A DNA stretch of 62,720 nt, counting the filler, from Basidiobolus ranarum (Eukaryota): the NCBI GenBank assembly GCA_040143965.1. It is 12 parts of 12 records of this genome, joined end to end, with 100 filler letters (N's around TTAATTAATTAA, not from the genome) between each part and the next. Parts side by side here need not be neighbours in the genome. Positions count along the whole stretch, not along the records: positions 1 to 5,146 come from JASJQH010008571.1; positions 5,247 to 10,391 come from JASJQH010008572.1; positions 10,492 to 15,636 come from JASJQH010008573.1; 9 more parts are not named here. One strand, given 5' to 3'. Under the pieces are notes generated by a model, which was not told the origin of the DNA, ran no database searches, and saw nothing but the letters and a program-made list of their open reading frames with translations. The position numbers and the translations under genes are program-made. Below are positions 1 to 12,613 of the stretch, piece by piece (position 1 is the stretch's first letter; each line of letters starts with the position of its first letter).

Positions 1-197
1 CATAGTTTACTGAGATTGTAGCCAATCTTGTGCAACTATTTTGTGAGATCTTGAAATTTCACTCCACAAACTGAAAAAACTGATTAAAATCAAATCTAAC
101 TTGACAATCTAATAATGGTAAATAAACAGTCAATCACATATGGATGAAAATTGTGACCATCAACTAACAATAACAATCCCCAAATTTTAGTTTGAGA
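1..197 (-). repeat. Dispersed ~200-bp repeat (copy 1 of 3), probable DNA-transposon end
   Basis: Reverse complement aligns by eye to 8250-8446 and 16384-16562; shared blocks include gtcaagttagatttgattttaa, gtgaaatttcaagatct and gattggcta. Confidence 0.75.
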
Positions 198-199
198 AT

Positions 200-674
200 C
201 ATGCATGGCCTGGTACACTAAGATAGACACATACTTAGAATCACTTGATTTCCAAAAGAGCATGGCAGATTTTTGGATCCACTTTAAGACAGATAAGGGG
301 GTAAGGTGATACTTGCTTTATATGTAGATGATCTGATTAAAGCTACCAATAATGATGAAGCCCTCAGGAAAACTGAAAGTGCTCAATCAATCCAACTCAA
401 GATGACTGATTATGGGCAGCTTATGTATTTCTTTGGCCTTCAGATCCATACAGAAATATTAAGCAAATCTATTACTCTGAATCAGTGTAAATATATCTCA
501 GACATTCTCAGACATTACAGGATGGAGAATTGTAAGCCAGTAGCAACTCCCATGGATCCAGGTGGGAAACTAGTCAAAAATCCCATCAAAAATGATAAAA
601 ATCAGCCAAATATGGCTCAAAATATGTCATTTGAAAGCCCTGAGTTCCCTTATCAATCTATGGTAGATAGTTTT
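200..674 (+). mobile_element. Ty1/copia reverse transcriptase fragment (degenerate)
   Basis: ILALYVDDLI catalytic motif, KMTDYG..YFFGLQI, LNQCKYI, MENCKPVATPM and PYQSMV. Broken off by an LTR at about 675. Confidence 0.9.
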
Positions 675-1018
675 TGGTAAAATTAGCTGTGCCAAAGCAC
701 CCATGAATTCATATATAGCATAGTACCTAGTTAGCTTCTAATTCACCAAGATATTATCTGTTATTCTCAATTGGAATTTACTTAGAACATTTTTAACAAC
801 TCAGAAGATCTCAGATATACAGATTTTTGAAACTTGTGCTAGAAGCCCCAAACTTTGCACACATGTTTCTAGAACCTTCCTCAACATATTCTACACATTG
901 GGTTGTTTGCACCCTGACAAAGCCATAAATATCAACTTTGTACTCAATAAATCAATAAGTTACACCAATTCCTCTAATCCTCCAAACCACTTGCAACAGG
1001 CTCCCAGATACTTTAACA
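675..1018 (+). repeat. Copia 5' LTR (degenerate)
   Basis: Starts TGGTAAAATTAG (compare TGTTGAAATTAG of other LTRs here), ends AACA, and is immediately followed by the PBS GGTTATCAGCCCT (1019-1031). The 5' boundary is approximate. Confidence 0.6.
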
Positions 1019-3219
1019 GGTTATCAGCCCTGAGCTTGCACTCTCTGTGATTTCTATTTCTCAAATCTGTGGATCTTTATGGAAATTTTCCCTCTTCTGA
1101 AAAGTTGGACGGAACCAATTATCAAGTTTGGAAACTTGAAATGAAAATGCTGCTGCAAGAAAAAGGACTTTGGGACACTATTGTAGGCACAGAAAATAAT
1201 GCAAAACTATCTAAAACCAAAGGTTTACTCCAGGTTAAACATAACAAAGAGCCTTATACAATTTGCATTAATGTCAAAGACAAATTCCTAATTCAATATT
1301 CAAGAGACAAAACTGCCAAGAAGGTATGGAATACCATGGAACACACTTATTAAACCAGTTCTGCTGCCAACAAGATGTTTCTATGAAGACAATTATTTAA
1401 CTTAAAGATGAAGCCAGGAGAAGATATTAATTCACTAATTAATAGAGTTGCTATATGGGTGGATGAAATAGAACGCATTGGAGTACCTACCACTGATCAA
1501 GATATCATAGCTACCGACCTGAATAGCCTGCCACGCAAGTTTCACAGCCTAGTAATGGCTCTAGAATCAAGAACAAAATTTGATCTGAAATTATTTATCT
1601 GGCAGACCTCTGGATGAAGATTTACACAAATCAGGATCCAACAAAAAGAAAAAAGAAAATGCTTTAATAGGCTATGGAAAACCTTTCTATGAAGGTCAAA
1701 AGCACTTTTACAAGATAAGTAACACATTCTGTGATTACTGTAAAAGAACTGGTCATTTATGCAAAGATTGCTTTGAAAGAATTGTTAAAGAAAAAAAATG
1801 TACTGAATCTGGAAATGTAGTTTTAACAGAAGATTACTTGGTTATATCTGCTCTATCTATGACTGTAAACAAGGATTCTCAGGCATGGTATATTAATTCA
1901 GGAGCTTTCCAATGTTCACAAATGAAAATATTGGTTTGTGGATTATGAACAAATCCCAATTAAAAGGTTTTCATGGGAGTTTACCATACATTGGATGCTG
2001 TTGGAATGGGCACAATGCAAGTCTATTTAAGTGGAGTTCCTGAAGAGGGAGTATATACTTTTAAGGATGTACTACATGTTCCAGAGATTGCTAAGAATTT
2101 AATATCTGTATGCAAGGCCACCTCAGAAGGGCTAAAATTCAATTTTGATAAGTCAGGATGCACCATCACTGATCAAAATGGGAATTATTTAGCTTTGGGA
2201 GAAAAGGATCAGAACTAATACAAGCTTACATGTAAACCAAGAGGTTTATGTGTAAATATAAGTTATTCATATCAAGAAATTATTCAATTATGGCATAAGA
2301 GATTTGGCCATACTGGATTTGATTATTTGAGCAAAATGATCAAATATTGCCTAATTTTTGGAAATCAAATTAACCCCCCAACCAAAGTAGAAATTTGTAA
2401 AGGTTGTATATATGGAAAACAAGCCAGGCAACCATTCAAGAGCTCTGGTTTAATCAAATCTGTCAAAAAATTGGATTTAATTCATTCAGATTTGTGTGGA
2501 CCTATGCAAAATTTATCTTTAGGCAGAAAAAGATATTTAATCACATTTATTGATGATTATACAAGATACACTTGGGTCTACTTTATGGAAAGAAAAGAAG
2601 CTCTCTCTATTTAAGCTTTGGGAGAAAAGGATCAAAACTTATACAAGTGTATATATAATCCAAGAAATTTATGTGTAAATATGAGTTATTCCAATCAAAA
2701 AACTACTAAATTATGGCATAAGAGATTTGGCCATATTGAATTTGCTTATTTGAGCAAAATGATCAAAAATTGCCTAATTTCTGGAATTTAACTTAGCCCC
2801 TCCACCAAAATGGAATTTGTGAAGGTTGTATATATGGAAAACAAGCCAGGCAACCATTCAAGAGCTCTGGTTAAGTCAACTCTGTAATAAAATTGGATCT
2901 AATTCATTCAGATTTGTGTGGACCTATGCAAAATTGATCTTTAGGTGGAAAAAAATATTTAATCACATTTAGTGATGATTTTCCAAGATATACTTGTGTC
3001 TACTTTATGGAAAGAGAAGAAGAAGCTCTCTCTATCTTTAGAGATTTTGAAACACTTGTGGAGACTGAAACTGGAGCTAAAATCAAGATAATACTTACTG
3101 ATAATGGTGGAGAATATACTTGAACACTATTTAGGCACTATTGCAAAATTCTTGCAGTTGAGTAAGACACTAATGCCACTTATTCACTTCAACAAAATCA
3201 AGTAGCTGAAAGAGTTATC
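1019..3219 (+). mobile_element. Ty1/copia internal region (PBS, gag, protease, GAG-pre-integrase, integrase), pseudogenised
   Basis: KLDGTNYQVWKLEMKMLLQEKGLW (gag N-terminus), CDYCKRTGHLCKDC zinc knuckle at about 1729-1771, W.I.SGA protease, KDVLHVPEIAKNLISV, LWHKRFGH..CKGCIYGKQ, IHSDLCGPM, TFIDDYTRYTWVY, TDNGGEY and QQNQVAER. Many stops and frameshifts. Confidence 0.92.
2191..3037 (+). repeat. Internal tandem duplication (~423-nt unit) within the copia integrase
   Basis: agctttgggagaaaaggatca...gaagctctctctat occurs at 2191-2610 and again from 2614. Confidence 0.85.
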
Positions 3220-3597
3220 TGTTGAAGTTTATTGTCTTTATCATATTTGTTATATCTACCTTTATACACCCAATTATTTCATATATCACATAAGTAAGTG
3301 AACATTACTTAATCAAATATCACTTGACTGACAATCAGAATATATATTATATATATATATATGAATACTGTGAGAAATAGCAATTTCATAATGGAAATCT
3401 CAAACTCATCCAAATTGCCACAAAGATAGCTCATTGTGCTCCCAAAGATATTCTGAACACAACCCTAGTGTTAGTTTTATGTATTTCCACCAAAATATAT
3501 ATATCATTTATTTCTGGACAATAAATAATTATCTCACAAAAGCTATTACAACTGCTCTTTTCTAAGGTTCCTCCAAACAGCCCATATTTTCCCAATA
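3220..3597 (+). repeat. Copia 5' LTR nested in the integrase of the preceding element
   Basis: Begins TGTTGAAG right after ...gctgaaagagttatc, is AT-rich, ends AATA, and is followed by the PBS GGTTATGAGCTCC (3598-3610). Confidence 0.7.
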
Positions 3598-5146
3598 GGT
3601 TATGAGCTCCATTTTCTAACCTTTACTGCATGACATAACCATTACTATCACTTTATTAACTCAAGTGTTGAAAAGCTTGATGAAGAAAATTACAATTTTC
3701 TGGAAGTTCAACATATAAATCATGCTTGAAGGCAGGGAGCTTTGGGATGTAGTCTCCGGAGATGAAAAGGAAGATTCTAACCCTTCTTTATTGGAGGCTC
3801 ACAAGAAAAGAGACAAAGAAGCCTTTAATGTCCTTTGTCAAATTTGAAGGATTTGCAACTTGTGAATATTGAATATGCAAAGACTTCCCATCAAGCTTGG
3901 ACTATATTTGAAGAGTGTTATGAAGCAAAGAGTCTTGCTGATAGACTCTTTCTCAGCCAAAAGTTCTTCAATATGAAGATGGAAAATTCTGAAAGTAAGG
4001 TTACTCATGTTGCAAATGTGAGATTGTTGGCAAAACAACCAGAAAATATTGGTGCAACTTTACAGGAAGATATCATTATGAGTCTTCTAAGTAGTCTACT
4101 TTACAGGAAAAAGAGATCATTATTACTCTTCTAAGTAGTCTGCCAGAGCAGTATTCAAACTTGGTCACAGCTTTGGAAGCAAGATCTGACAAGTTGTCTT
4201 TGGAGTTTGTGGTGCCAAGGCTGATGGATCGGCACCTCAGAAGTAAGAATTTGGAAAAAGAATCTGAGAAAGTGCTATTTTTGGAGCTGGAAAACATAGC
4301 TTTGGCATGCACAAAGGTTACAAAAGAAGGAAACCAGGCTTATGCTATGGTTGTAACAAACCAGGACACCATTTCAAAGAATGCAAGTCAAGAAATTATA
4401 TCAAAAATGAGAAGTCAGAATAAGAAAATCAGGTTTCAACTAAAGGGGATGTTTTCTTCTTTTCTGCCCTATCACTGACCTCTGAACAAGACTGTAAGTT
4501 GTAGTATAATGATTCCGGAGCTTCTCAACATTTCTCTAATAAAAAAAAATGGTTTAAAACTCTCAAAACTGACATAAATCAGAAGGTTTATATCCAAGAT
4601 GACTAGCCACTAGGAGCTCTGGGAGTGGAAGAAATTGAAGTTTGTCTTGGTGGCATCTCTGTGAACATATATTTGACACTGAAAAACATGTTTTATGTGC
4701 CTGGGATAGCAAAAAATTTGTTATCAGTGTGTATAGCTACATCTGAGGGATATAGCTTTAATATTGATCAAAATGGCTGTACAATCATGGATCAAAAAGG
4801 AAATTACGTAGCATGTGGAGCTTAGCAAAATAACATGTGTAAACTTCATTATATTAGGCTAATATCAGAACAATTTAATACTGCCACAGCAGTAGAGATG
4901 AACTGGAAAGTCTGGCATAGGATAATGGGTCATCAAGGATCTGAAAATATGAGAAATTCAATCCAAAACAAGATGGTTTTGAAGCTACATTTTGTAAGTA
5001 CACCAGATCTGGAGCTAAGTCAAGGTTACCTACATGGTAGGCAACACAGACAGCTGTTTGTGGGCTCTGGAATAAGCAAAATTGATCAAATATTAGGCCT
5101 GATACACTCAGATCTATGTGGCCCAATGCAGACAAAATCCTTAGGT
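3598..5146 (+). mobile_element. Second Ty1/copia internal region (gag-protease-integrase start), pseudogenised, runs off contig
   Basis: EKLDEENY..WKF, LFLSQKFFNMKM, LVTALEAR, DSGASQH protease, NMFYVPGIAKNLLSV, WHRIMGH and IHSDLCGPMQTKSLG. Confidence 0.9.
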
Positions 5147-5246
5147 NNNNNNNNNNNNNNNNNNNNNNNNNNNNNNNNNNNNNNNNNNNNTTAATTAATT
5201 AANNNNNNNNNNNNNNNNNNNNNNNNNNNNNNNNNNNNNNNNNNNN
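5147..5246. other. Artificial contig-joining linker (N44-TTAATTAATTAA-N44); first of 11
   Basis: Identical 100-nt linkers, with stops in all six frames, at 5147, 10392, 15637, 20880, 26120, 31356, 36592, 41827, 47055, 52279 and 57501. Intervening contig lengths are 5146, 5145, 5145, 5143, 5140, 5136, 5136, 5135, 5128, 5124, 5122 and 5120 nt. Confidence 0.98.
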
Positions 5247-5990
5247 ACATTGCTTTTCCAATATTTTTGATTCTGGATACTCCAGAGCTTGATATAGAGT
5301 CTGTGGCTTGTCACAGAATGCTGCATAAGCATATACATCCTCATTGGAAGTGGTGCACCTCTTTCCTGGCTTATTTCTCCTTATGGATGATGTTCTGGGT
5401 TCTGAATCATCCTCTGATTTAATTGGGACTGATATTTAGGTTGAATAGGGCCAAGATTCAGCTAGATATCTGTCAGGCACTTCCTTAATAGTGCTGGTTT
5501 TGTTTTCTGGCTCAAGAACTATTGTTTGAGGTGAAAAATGTGCTTTTTCATCAGAAATCTCATCTCTGCACTTGATCAACTTCTGATTTTTGATATCAAA
5601 CGGTCTGTGGGCCTTAGATCCATCATAGTAACCAAGAAATATGCATTTTCTACTTTTGGGCTCCACTATAAAGTGTTTTTGAGCTGGAAGTATGCAATAT
5701 GCTGTGCAACCAAAGATCATGAGATGATCCACACTTGGTTTTTTCCTTATAGGGCTTCAAATGGAGTAGAATTTTGTAGCAATCTTGTTGGGCTTCTGTT
5801 TTTGATATAAACTGCAATGGAGACAGATTCAGCCCAATATTGGTAATCCAACTTTTCATCATGTAGCATTAATTTGCCCTCTACACTATGGTCCTATTAA
5901 CACATTCTGCAACTCCCTTTTGCTGTGGAGTATAATGTACAGTAGTTTGTTGCTTAATTCCATGTTTAAAACAAAAACTAATAAGTTCTT
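5247..5990 (-). mobile_element. Ty1/copia integrase C-terminal region to pre-RT linker (degenerate)
   Basis: Minus strand reads YTPQQKGVAECVNRTI, IFGCTAY, PKSRKCIFLGY, KLIKCRD and KPQTLYQAL. Confidence 0.85.
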
Positions 5991-6089
5991 TTGAGCAGTA
6001 GTCTTCACCAATATCACTCCTTAGTACACTTAAATTTTGTGCTGATTCTTTTGCTACCATTGCTTTGTAGTGCTCAAACAGCTAAGGCT

Positions 6090-6238
6090 AGAAAATTGGG
6101 TAAAAGTCAATTGATTGATAGAAATATCAATTTGAGCAATAAACACATGTTTTTGAATCACAGAATTGAGTGCTAAATAATCAGAATATAAATAAACTAA
6201 CTACTTAATAATGAGTTGCTATTTACCTAATTTCAACA
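6090..6238 (-). repeat. 5' fragment of the 351-bp copia LTR family
   Basis: Reverse complement is TGTTGAAATTAGGTAAATAGCAACTCATTATT..., matching the LTR starts at 8119, 13233 and 15116. Confidence 0.85.
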
Positions 6239-6339
6239 ACAATGCACTTACTATTCAACAACATTCTAATACTACTTACTCAGCTACATAGTGGAAAATT
6301 CAAAATGAATGAGCCATTCAAGAGAAGATTAAAAATGGA

Positions 6340-7545
6340 ACCAATTGGGAAAATGCTTGAAAACATCAAGAAACCATCATATTTTACCAAGACTCTCATC
6401 AAAATCCATTCATCTAGGTGTTTATTCAAGTGCAAAGACTGGAATCATTGGATTTGTATTTAATCAAGTGGAATCCAGAAAAAATTTCTGCCTCATAAGT
6501 ATTGGCAACATTGAGAGTTGTTTAAGGATATTGTTGATGAGTTCTTATGGCATCAACTCACATTTGCAGATTTCAGCCAGATACAATAACTGTGAAAAGA
6601 TTTGAAATTGAATACAAAAAAATTCACTTCAGGTTTGTAGAAGATATACTAAATATACACTGGAATTCAATACCATCATATTTTACCAGGACTCTCATCA
6701 ATATCCACTTGTCTAGGCATTAATTCAAATGCAAAGACTGGAAGTATAGTATTTGTATATATTCAAGTGGAATTTTGAAAACATTTCTGCCTGATAAGTA
6801 TTGGCAACATTGGGAGTTGTTTGTTGATATTGTTAATATATTCTTATGGCATCAACTCACATTGGCAGATCTCAGGCAGATACAGCAACTGTGCAACAAT
6901 TTTCTAATTGGATATGAAACACTTTATTACAGGTTTGAAGAAGATAGTCTGATTCTATGCTGGTATTCAATACATTCCCTGCTTCATCTTTCTCAATGCT
7001 TAGAGATAATAGGCCCTTGCTACATATTCTGTGAGTTCTCAATGGAGCTCACCAATAGTGAATTGGTGCTCTGTGTGAAATTGTCAGTTTTACCATGTGC
7101 TAATCTGAATAACAATGTATCATCAAAATCAGTGATGGATTTACTGCAATGGGGAAAGGAGACTCTAGAGTATATTAACCATCCAACAAAGGGCTCTTTT
7201 CAAATTGCTCATGGGTTTTTGCATTGGTTGAGCTACCAAAACCAATCCTTGGACTTAGAGTTAATATCTCAGTGAATTGTAATAATTTATTTGTGTGATA
7301 ATCTTATGTCATTTCTAGGAAAGCTGCAAGACAGACTTCTTGGTGAGAAAGATCAAGATACACTGTACTACTGTTTTAGTCATGAGGTATTCTATTCAAG
7401 CAATGGCACATGTACTTGTGGCAGGACATCTGTTGACTGCAATTTGGAGATATCTTGGCTGGATTCTTTATGGAAGTTTGCCAAAATCCAAGAGCTTATT
7501 CTCATTGGAAATGGTGACAAGAGTCAGCTATTTGCCAAGTGTTAG
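6340..7545 (+). mobile_element. CACTA/EnSpm-like transposase remnant (partly duplicated)
   Basis: ORF 6775-7275 has YYRFEE..L..C..SIHSLLHL...LEIIGP....CEFSME, which resembles the CACTA transposase H-x-L-x-H...GP...W-x-F-x-M-E-R block. About 6370-6600 is a diverged duplicate of about 6670-6900 (FKCKDW motif in both). Confidence 0.65.
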
Positions 7546-8118
7546 TTCTATTCAATATTACAGATATTTATCAATTTTTCTACCCTGAGTTTGCTGGTAA
7601 AGCATATGGATATTGTTGAGTTATGTCTGATCAGTCAAGTATGTGCATAGGTAGTGACTCAATACAACAAAATATGTGAATTTTTTGATTCTCATTATGG
7701 TGGAATACAAAGATTAAAATATCTAATAACAGCATGCATATTGATTTGAATACTTACTGCAGTAAAACCAGTAATTTGCCATTGGAAGATTAGTTGGTTG
7801 CAAAAATTGCTGGAAATTAAACAATGATGCCAAATATGAAGATCATTATTTTTATATATAAGAATACTGTAAAAACACTGTCAAGCAGCTGCTGTCTCAC
7901 CCCCAAAATCCCTGGCAGAATGCAAGCCACCAACCTTGTGATGAATCTCTTACAGTCTGGCAATCTTGAAGGGTGGATCCAATCAGGATCAAATCATTTT
8001 GATTTTTGATGGGGAACATTTATTACTACCCAAGAAGTAAGTTGAGTAAGCTCAGTAGCTGCTGGCACTGTCAAGCTTGATTTGCACTTATTAACACTTT
8101 CTTCATTCGCCATAAATC

Positions 8119-8249
8119 TGTTGAAATTAGGTAAATAGCAACTCATGATTTGGTAGTCCGTTTCCTCATATTCTGATCATTTAGCACTCAATTCTACCAT
8201 TCAAGAACATGTGTTTATTGTTCTAATTAATAGAAATGTCATTTAGATC
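8119..8249 (+). repeat. 5' fragment of the 351-bp copia LTR family, truncated by a second repeat
   Basis: TGTTGAAATTAGGTAAATAGCAACTC start; similarity to the LTR at 13233 stops where CCCTAACAG begins (8250). Confidence 0.85.
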
Positions 8250-9700
8250 CCCTAACAGAAATTTGAGGATTGTGATTGTAAGAAAACTGTCCAAATTTTA
8301 ATCCATTTCAAATTGACCATTTAGTCACCATCATAAAATCTTCAAGTTAGATGTGACTTTCATAAATATTTTTGGTTTCAGGAGTAAAATTCCAGTATTT
8401 TGCAAAATAGTCACACACAATTGGCTACAATCTCAGAAAACTATGGATGAACACATGTGCAAAAAACATAACTCAAATTTTTCATATTTATCACTCAAAT
8501 ACTGATTTGTCACTTATGAAATCCATAGTTTCTTTGATATATTCTCCTATATTTATTTGTAGAGCTCCTCATACCCAGGTTTTGCTCATATCCAACACAA
8601 CTTTGTATCAATATCACCATCAAGCTCAGCATTGTATTAACATTGCTGATTCAACATACTTCCAGCTAACTGGCAGATACCCTGCATTATTGTGCCATTC
8701 TGTGACACGTGCTTCCCAATTATTTGCATGGCCAACACTAGACTGAATGTCAAGTTGAATGTTCATCTTTTGAAGCCACTTTGTGCATACTTGCATTGCT
8801 TTTTTCCCTTCATACCTTTGAAAACACTCCTCAAGCACTTTGATTATTTTCATACAACCTTGCAGTGTGACACTGCTGAGGGGCTTTGCAATGTTTGTGT
8901 GGCTTTTTGCTAGCCTTAAAGTTTGGGGCTAATTTGGACACTTTGAAAAGTACCAGCTGAGATTGGAGAGCAATGAGTTTTATTTGCTGGTGTTTTGGCT
9001 AGTTGAGAGATGCCAGCTGCTGGATAAACTTCCAAATTCAGCACTCCTCCAACTGGTGTACCTGATTCCATGGTAAAATTAAGCCTTGTTGCCATTAATC
9101 TACTGGTCTATCTGACTCTGGAAATACAGAACTTTGTAACAGTGTTAAGAATTTGGTAAGTGGAACATTGGAGCCTAAACTCACTGGCTCCTTTGCTTTT
9201 CCCTTGGGTTTGCTAACTTCCTGCTCTTTAAGTACTTCTGTAGCTGCTTTTCTTTCTTTTCTAAGTCTATAATTGCATACATTTTTGAGATATTTGATGA
9301 ATAGGCCTATACTAGCCTGATAGCCATTTGTTTGCAAAAACCCCAGATAAGCCACATAATATAAGTCAAGAACCTTCAGAGTAACCTCTGGTTTTTGGTT
9401 TTTCCATGATTGGCTCAAGTTGATATGATTTTCAGAAATACTCTGCACAGTTCCCAAAATGCTCAACTGTTCTTCATCAGAGCAAGTGACAGCAGCTCTG
9501 ACATTCAGAGTCTTTTGGCTTACTGGTTTTCCTATGAGATTTCTACTTTCATGTGCCCAAGCAATTTTGCGCTGTTGTGTAGGCTTAATGGTTGGACACA
9601 TATTCTATTCTACTTGATTGTCTTAGTGACATTCATAGGTATGGTTGAGGTTGATTAAAACCCTGTATGAGAATGAACACAGGCAGCAGTCTATTGCTGT
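8250..9700. mobile_element. Degenerate dispersed repeat beginning CCCTAACAG (possible CMC/CACTA-type terminus)
   Basis: 8250-8446 and 8733-8810 match 16384-16650; about 9470-9600 matches the reverse complement of about 10980-11100. The right boundary is uncertain. Confidence 0.5.
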
Positions 9701-11459
9701 ATCTCAAGTACTGCATTCTGGAGTTCTTGTATCATTGTTGAGTGAATCTCTAACTGGCAACTAGCTGCTTCAGAATGCTTCATTAATAGCAATCCTGTGG
9801 CATTATTGCTTGACATGGCCTTTATAGCATGTTTGTAGTTTTAGTTTATGATTGCATTTAAATCATTATGGTGTACTGACTGAGATTCCCTTGTTGTACT
9901 AATTCTATTGTAGTTTTTTACAGAGGGGTGTTCAAAAATTTGTAAACTTGCCATTTGGAAGTTAATGGTCTTGATGGTGTTTCTGTTGAACTTTACTCAA
10001 CTATTGATTCACTTTGTAACTGTGAGATCATAATCTCTTCATTTGCACTATTGTTATAAAGGAACACATCTGGTAAATTGATGAATGCTTATAGCATTAC
10101 TTGAGTTAGTTTCAGGCATGCTAATGCCTTCCAAAGTGGATAGTGGATTGCTAGACTGCTCATCAATTAAGTCCTCTCTTCTTGCTGGTTTTTTTCCTTT
10201 TGTGCCAGCAGGCTTTGGCTTGGAAGCCAATTTTGACTTAGATTTTTAATGCTTTTTGAATGGCACTGAAAGTTTCAGATGATAAGCTTGGTACAATGAA
10301 ATTGCTTAGAAACAGCTTATTATAAACACAAATTACCATCCATAACCAAAAATATCTTGTAACTCCCCTGATGACTTATCTGTGACACCATNNNNNNNNN
10401 NNNNNNNNNNNNNNNNNNNNNNNNNNNNNNNNNNNTTAATTAATTAANNNNNNNNNNNNNNNNNNNNNNNNNNNNNNNNNNNNNNNNNNNNCCCTGCAAT
10501 TTAACTTAAGGCGCCCCGATTGCCTCACTTACCGATCACCTTAACCATTCTCCCCGCCCCAAGTTTTCTTCGGGGGCATCCCCCCATCTTCCCCGGGGCC
10601 GGTATATTATTCTTCATCCCCAAGGAGACTGAGTAAGTAGAGGTTGTCAGTCACTGATATAGGCGAGGTCGGGGCCTATATCCCCCGCACCCCCCCCCGA
10701 AGAAAGGGCTCCCCCTCTTCCCCCACCTCCACTACTTTGCCAGAGGGGGGGGGCAAGTGGGGGGCCTGCGCCTTGCTGGAGGGTACCGCCTCCCAAAAGG
10801 CCAACCCCCAATTAACTAGTTGTCATTTAGAAAGGCATTCAACAAAGATACAAGATCTTCAGAATGCTGCATTTAAGTAATAGCAATACACTACTCCTTC
10901 CCTCCATTCTCATATGGGAATTCACTGAATTTCACACAATATATGTGATTGTTGCTGTGACAATCTAGCAGAGCAGAAGATAGGTTAAACCATTCAGCCA
11001 GCCAAAATTGGTTAGGTGCATGAAAGTAGAAATCTCATGGGATAACCTGCAGACCAAAAGATGCTGAACATCAGAGCTTCTTTCACTTGCTCTGATGTGA
11101 TAGAAGTTCTTGGGTGATATGGAAGTGCATTGGATAAGATTTAGATTTGTGAGTTAGGCTCTTTGGTCTGATTGAATTGAATATGATCTTTTGTAGTGTA
11201 TAATAAAATGAAACCATAGGACAAGTTTATATCATAGTAAATATGCCTGCAGGGCACAGGTTAAAGTTTGAGGCAACTTGAAGAAGAATTGAGATAATAA
11301 TCAAAATTGGCAAAAATAGTCTATTTGCAATTTCCATCAATAAGAGCAAAAAAACATGTTTTTGAAAGTTAATATTGAGTGCTGAAAATTCAGAATATGA
11401 AAAAAGGAACTGCTAAATAGAATGTTGCTATTGACCTCATTGTTGCATTCCTACTCACC

Positions 11460-12600
11460 TAATTATTTTCTGTTTCCCTTAAAATTAACTTATTTCCTAC
11501 TAATTTGAAAGGTTATATTGCCAAAGATTTGGTTAACAGGCCAGCAATCATTTTTGGTACAGGGCAATAGACAAGTTCCATGATGCTATTCTCTATTGTT
11601 TCTCTAACAAAATGATGCCTGACAGCTATGTGTTTTGTTCTGGCATGAAATGTAGGGTTTTTAGCAAAAAAAATACGACTTTGATTTTGTCCTGATTGAG
11701 CAAAATCACATTTCTGCAGGTATCATAAGTCTGTAAACAACTTCCTTTAGCACATAATTTCTGGCAAAGTAGCATAGATAGCCATATACTCTGCTGATGT
11801 AGTGCCATATCAGTCATCTCAAATTGGTTTTAAAAGTTAATTTTTGTCTGATTTAGTGCTTCTACATAATTTATAGCTAAGATCAGGTCTTCTTCACATA
11901 GTTTCAAGATTGTGATCCTGTTTTTGGTTTTTTTAATGAAAAATTTGTCATCTGCTATATATTTTTGAAATTCCAGTGATTGCAAACAAGTAGCTCTCAT
12001 GTTGTGCCATGCCCTTGATGTGTGCTTGAGTCCATATAGTGATTTCTGCAGTTTCCAGACCACATCAGGGTGTTTTGGGCAAACAAATACATCTGGCTGC
12101 TCCATATAGATCTCTTCTTCCAATTTTCATTCAGAAATGAATTTTCAAGATTCATTTGATAAAAATCAAGTTTATAGAAGGCTGACAGTGCCAGGATAGA
12201 TCCAAAGAAGCTAAACTTTGTTACAGTAGTTAAAGTATCATTAAAACATCTCCTGGAGTCAGGCAATAACATTTATAAGTAATCATGCTTTTATCTTTCA
12301 ATGTCTCCATCAGCTTGGTTAGTAACTTGGTGGACCAATTAGCAACCTAGTGGCTTTCCCCCTACTAGTAGGTGACTTAAAACCTGTGTTTATTTTCCTG
12401 AATGGGAGAAAACCTATTAGACAATGCTTTTTCCACATTGTTGTTTCTGGATACTGCAGAGCTTGATCTAGAGCTGGTGCCTTGACACAGACTGGTGTAT
12501 AAGTGTAGATATTATCATTGGAAGTGTTCCACAACTTCACTGGCTGATTACTCCTTCTGAAGAACTTCTATGTTCTTGATCATCCTCTGATGTAATTGGG
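11460..12600 (-). mobile_element. Ty1/copia RT-RNase H remnant
   Basis: Minus strand reads LEEEIYMEQP, WKLQKSLYGLKHTSRAW, and RNase H C-terminal pieces AVRHHFVRE and MIAGLLTKSL. Internal deletions. Confidence 0.85.
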
Positions 12601-12613
12601 GCATGGCTAGCTT

